Assembly: GCA_034668585.1 (NCBI GenBank) | Contig: JAXDPB010000007.1 | Span: forward strand, 19,051 to 83,050 | Length of the DNA: 64,000 nt | Origin: Sphingomonadales bacterium | Lineage (GTDB): Bacteria; Pseudomonadota; Alphaproteobacteria; Sphingomonadales; Sphingomonadaceae | Direction: 5' to 3' | In this document: positions 62,001 through 64,000 of the stretch, piece by piece | Position numbering within the stretch: the first letter of the stretch is position 1 | Layout: each line of letters opens with the position of its first letter | Notes under the pieces: model-generated | Told to the model about the DNA's origin: nothing | Databases searched by the model: none | What the model saw: the letters and a program-made list of their open reading frames with translations, nothing else | Position numbers and translations under genes: made by a program

Positions 62001-64000
62001 GAAGCCCGTCCGGTCCCGTTCGGGGCGACGCGCATGGCGAAGCCGTTTCCGCACGAGCAGAAGGAGCCGGGCGTCCACGAATATGCCGTCTACGGAGTCA
62101 ACCTCTTCTCCCGCGCCTCGCCGGTCAGCCCGGCCTTCGCCAGCGCCGCGACGACATTCGTCAAGGCAAACCGCCTGCTTCCGCCGAGCGACCTGCAGGT
62201 GCAGTTCATCCAGCCCGAATCCCCGCTCGTGCTGACCTCGGCCGACGAGCAGACGATGCTCGACGACCTGGTGCAGGCCGGGAAGGACCCGACGCTGGTG
62301 CGGCTCTGCTTCAACTATGGCTTTCCCCAGGAGGCCAATTACGATTTCGGCCGCGCCGTCGAGATCCTCCACCGCCGCCTTCCCCCGGCCAACGTAACCG
62401 GCGCGGTGGCGGCGGTCGCCGCGGCGACCGACCCGTCGTTCGCCCGCATCGAGACTCGGCCCTATACCTATTCAAGCACGAAGGAGACGATCCAGCCGAC
62501 GCTGCCGCCTGCCGCCAAGGCCAATTTCCTCGGCGGCGTGCTGGCCGTCGGGAGCCGGCGCCTGATTATCGAGGATATCATCTGGCCGCCGGGAAGCAGC
62601 GGCGACAATCCGATCTTTGTGGTCCGCAAGCCGACGACGACCGGCGCCGTCGGCACGGGCAGCCTGGTGATCGAGAGCGCGCCGCTCGATGCCAATCCGG
62701 GCGACCTGTTCATGGCCGTCGAGAACATGGCGGCCGCGGCCAGCTGGGGCCCGGGCAATCCGCTCGGTCGGGTGATCGCGCTCGGCGACGATCCGAGCTG
62801 GAAGACCCGGACCGAAAGCTTCACGCGCCCGGGCCAGACCCAGGTGAGCCGCCGCCTGCGCGGGATCTGGGAAAGCGCGAAGGTCGTCGAGGACCCCGCG
62901 GGATCGAAACATTACACCATCACCTTCGCCAGCTATACGCTCTCGCCGCATCCGCAATCGGCCGCCGCCGATCCGGTGAGCTGGTTCCGCGGCACCGCCC
63001 GGGTGCCGGTGACGGGCCGGGATCCCGAGGACCGGCGGATGCTGAAGGTGATCGGCATCGGCCAAAGCGGCGGCCGGCTCGAGCTGCGCGCCGTCGACGA
63101 CGGCGGCGAGGCGGGGACGGTCGCGACCGGGCCCGGGCAGCTGGTCCATTATCTTCCGGGCTATCGGGTCCATCTCCATGCCGATCCCACCAGCGGCTTC
63201 GATCGGACGACTCTGATGCCGGCGCCCGGGGAGAGCTCGCGAACCACTCTGATCGGGGTGCGCTCGGTCGATCCCACGACCCTGGACGCAAGCGCGAAGC
63301 CGTACCGCTCGCCGGTCGGCGTGCCGCAATTGCTGACCGCGATGGAAATCGTCGAGCCCGGCATTCCCTTGCGGCCGAGGGGCCTCAGATATGCGACCCC
63401 GCCGGACGCCTATGGCAAAGCGAGCTATACGCTGAATGTCGAATTCAAAGCGGCGCCTTTCGCCGTCGCTTTCTATCGCGCCGACGCGCTCGCCATCCTC
63501 GAGGCGCTCTACGAGCCCGCCCAGCAGGCGGAAATTCGGGCGGCGATATTCCCCGCCCAGGCCGACCCCTATTTCGCCAGCCGCTTCGACGATCTGTTCG
63601 CTTTCTTCGATTCGGACGATTCCACCACGGTCCTGGCCGTTTTCCCGCTTGCGCTCGGCGACAATTATTTCCTGCCCCTGCCCAACGCCGCGTCGCTGGC
63701 GCTGGCCGGCCTGACGACGCTGGCGGAACGCAAGCAGCGGATGAAGGCGGCCGTGCTCGAGGCATTCGTGGCGCTGACGGAGCAGCCGCTCATCTACGAG
63801 CTGATCAGCACCGACCCGGCTTTCGCGCCAACCAACGCCAGGCAGACGTTCCGGGACGCCGACGGGAAAGTCCTCGCCCCCGGCCAGACCGGCTTCGACC
63901 TGGCGCCGATGGCGAAGCGGCCAGGCGGGTACGCCGTCCAGTTCACCGATTTCACCCTCGAAGGATCGATGAACCGGAACACCGTCTATTTCTATCTTGC
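59061..64000 (+). CDS. Giant uncharacterised protein, >1646 aa, 3'-truncated (not in supplied ORF track)
   Basis: GGAGGTG then GTG at 59061, 1 bp after the previous stop; manual translation finds no stop to base 64000: MPFFNSYAFDLP...W.RRY...WSRAI...QSPYLILQAAGS...GILLRW...SYLDLL....DFHVARMLGLG...YAVYGVNLFSRAS...FTDFTLEGS. Confidence 0.88.
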   Translation, partial: MPFFNSYAFDLPNHFNRALPVIGGTAGRFLAVGGAGGTGTAAMIEADGSCTWARRYQDPTPDFGDAVFNVLDFVDAVQVGNEGFLLLSAVEGRTEYVLVRIDAGGAVLWSRAIPDVGFGPGARVLRPRDSVNEFLVVAWPPPLASNYRKVAAKLFRLAADGSVLQAAELAGNGGRVFDAVAVGGGYILVGDQDPRTAAQFAAGDPGLNLLWSPPLIVQINLGLTACERWTLRQIDSTTGTPFPASASLRAVTAGAGQSLFIAGAMANPLLPLWTGVMRFDADWKAPTFKSAVTYQPFGGGHRPHRIGWSWPRSGGDAASGDLELYVLDVGLEQLQDTSSVIRLDKKLAAQALYGFGWPGEHQVDDLRVAANGDVGLAATLTHATAIGLEGPPVQPSAELATFISVDWRFETCRSTPRDIPTTRPLGFDVAAGPETLVKIAASSRPAAMSSGPTPVRPYWWCGKPEPEPRFELQENALVQSPYLILQAAGSEGSDASRGILLRWLLAGTLGDTHLPKGSLAGTSTNFNKPDDFVRLYRAPWPASMPVRSLSFLSDRPRHVDDGERLLVFETGSAKPADLFHVRFLDAAAYAAARQTSDPATSPPAFLAAYGARPVEIELRGRLAIGCDLDFAPNPGCSVRVETRSVGENRPLAPKQTSSRRILGPADGPTARLYAENMRSLRVQCAGTGIRTVAFLCYEDVLAVLNRDQAWSEVGRFALTDDTATALARLEDPARFQVNGLWRKFNDGAFVNVKNYQDRWSDSQSGLRSAVKTYVQLSETDPNAEAKLAGASSQDGEMKVSYLDLLQLAATDFHVARMLGLGHVDWEAALPGAPPQTWVHLAEYLTSGDLGDGGGPRPVQHLYLSLPTNSGEARLPVTPRLDAVEYGLTVTTASGDPYWLTDAGGYTPDGLSRFIRLYPDCPPLFEQEKGFFDPPNLFDLSRESLPVFYGVEHRLQGEPGWRRPEIAHDPVYLDTAAPPRAEARPVPFGATRMAKPFPHEQKEPGVHEYAVYGVNLFSRASPVSPAFASAATTFVKANRLLPPSDLQVQFIQPESPLVLTSADEQTMLDDLVQAGKDPTLVRLCFNYGFPQEANYDFGRAVEILHRRLPPANVTGAVAAVAAATDPSFARIETRPYTYSSTKETIQPTLPPAAKANFLGGVLAVGSRRLIIEDIIWPPGSSGDNPIFVVRKPTTTGAVGTGSLVIESAPLDANPGDLFMAVENMAAAASWGPGNPLGRVIALGDDPSWKTRTESFTRPGQTQVSRRLRGIWESAKVVEDPAGSKHYTITFASYTLSPHPQSAAADPVSWFRGTARVPVTGRDPEDRRMLKVIGIGQSGGRLELRAVDDGGEAGTVATGPGQLVHYLPGYRVHLHADPTSGFDRTTLMPAPGESSRTTLIGVRSVDPTTLDASAKPYRSPVGVPQLLTAMEIVEPGIPLRPRGLRYATPPDAYGKASYTLNVEFKAAPFAVAFYRADALAILEALYEPAQQAEIRAAIFPAQADPYFASRFDDLFAFFDSDDSTTVLAVFPLALGDNYFLPLPNAASLALAGLTTLAERKQRMKAAVLEAFVALTEQPLIYELISTDPAFAPTNARQTFRDADGKVLAPGQTGFDLAPMAKRPGGYAVQFTDFTLEGSMNRNTVYFYL

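Overview
High-GC alphaproteobacterial DNA (a Sphingomonadales-like host is inferred from the GroEL, FtsZ and MraZ sequences) in four blocks. (1) 1-12881: distal, baseplate half of an extracellular contractile injection system (eCIS, Afp/PVC-like, DUF6519-type), translationally coupled and truncated at the left edge. (2) 12906-20608: tandem array of four DUF4157 (eCIS-core) proteins that share an N-terminus and carry different C-terminal domains (OmpA-like plus M35-like protease; OmpA-like plus unknown Cys-rich domain; Ntox16-like plus hydrophobic helix; DPBB-like with an 8-aa repeat); two are followed by small immunity-like genes. (3) 20832-48400: dense signal-transduction region (7 histidine kinases, 6 response regulators, a GGDEF-EAL protein, a GlxA/AraC regulator) with orphan copies of mreB, ftsZ and mraZ, a CIRCE-controlled groES-groEL pair, a REP-like palindrome and a duplicated ~127-bp non-coding element. 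(4) After a tRNA-Gln-like 3' fragment (possible att site, 48520-48539), a co-directional operon of large uncharacterised proteins (654, 703, 2039 and >1646 aa). The last ORF (59061 to the window end) is absent from the supplied ORF track. Family assignments come from motif recognition by eye, not from database searches.
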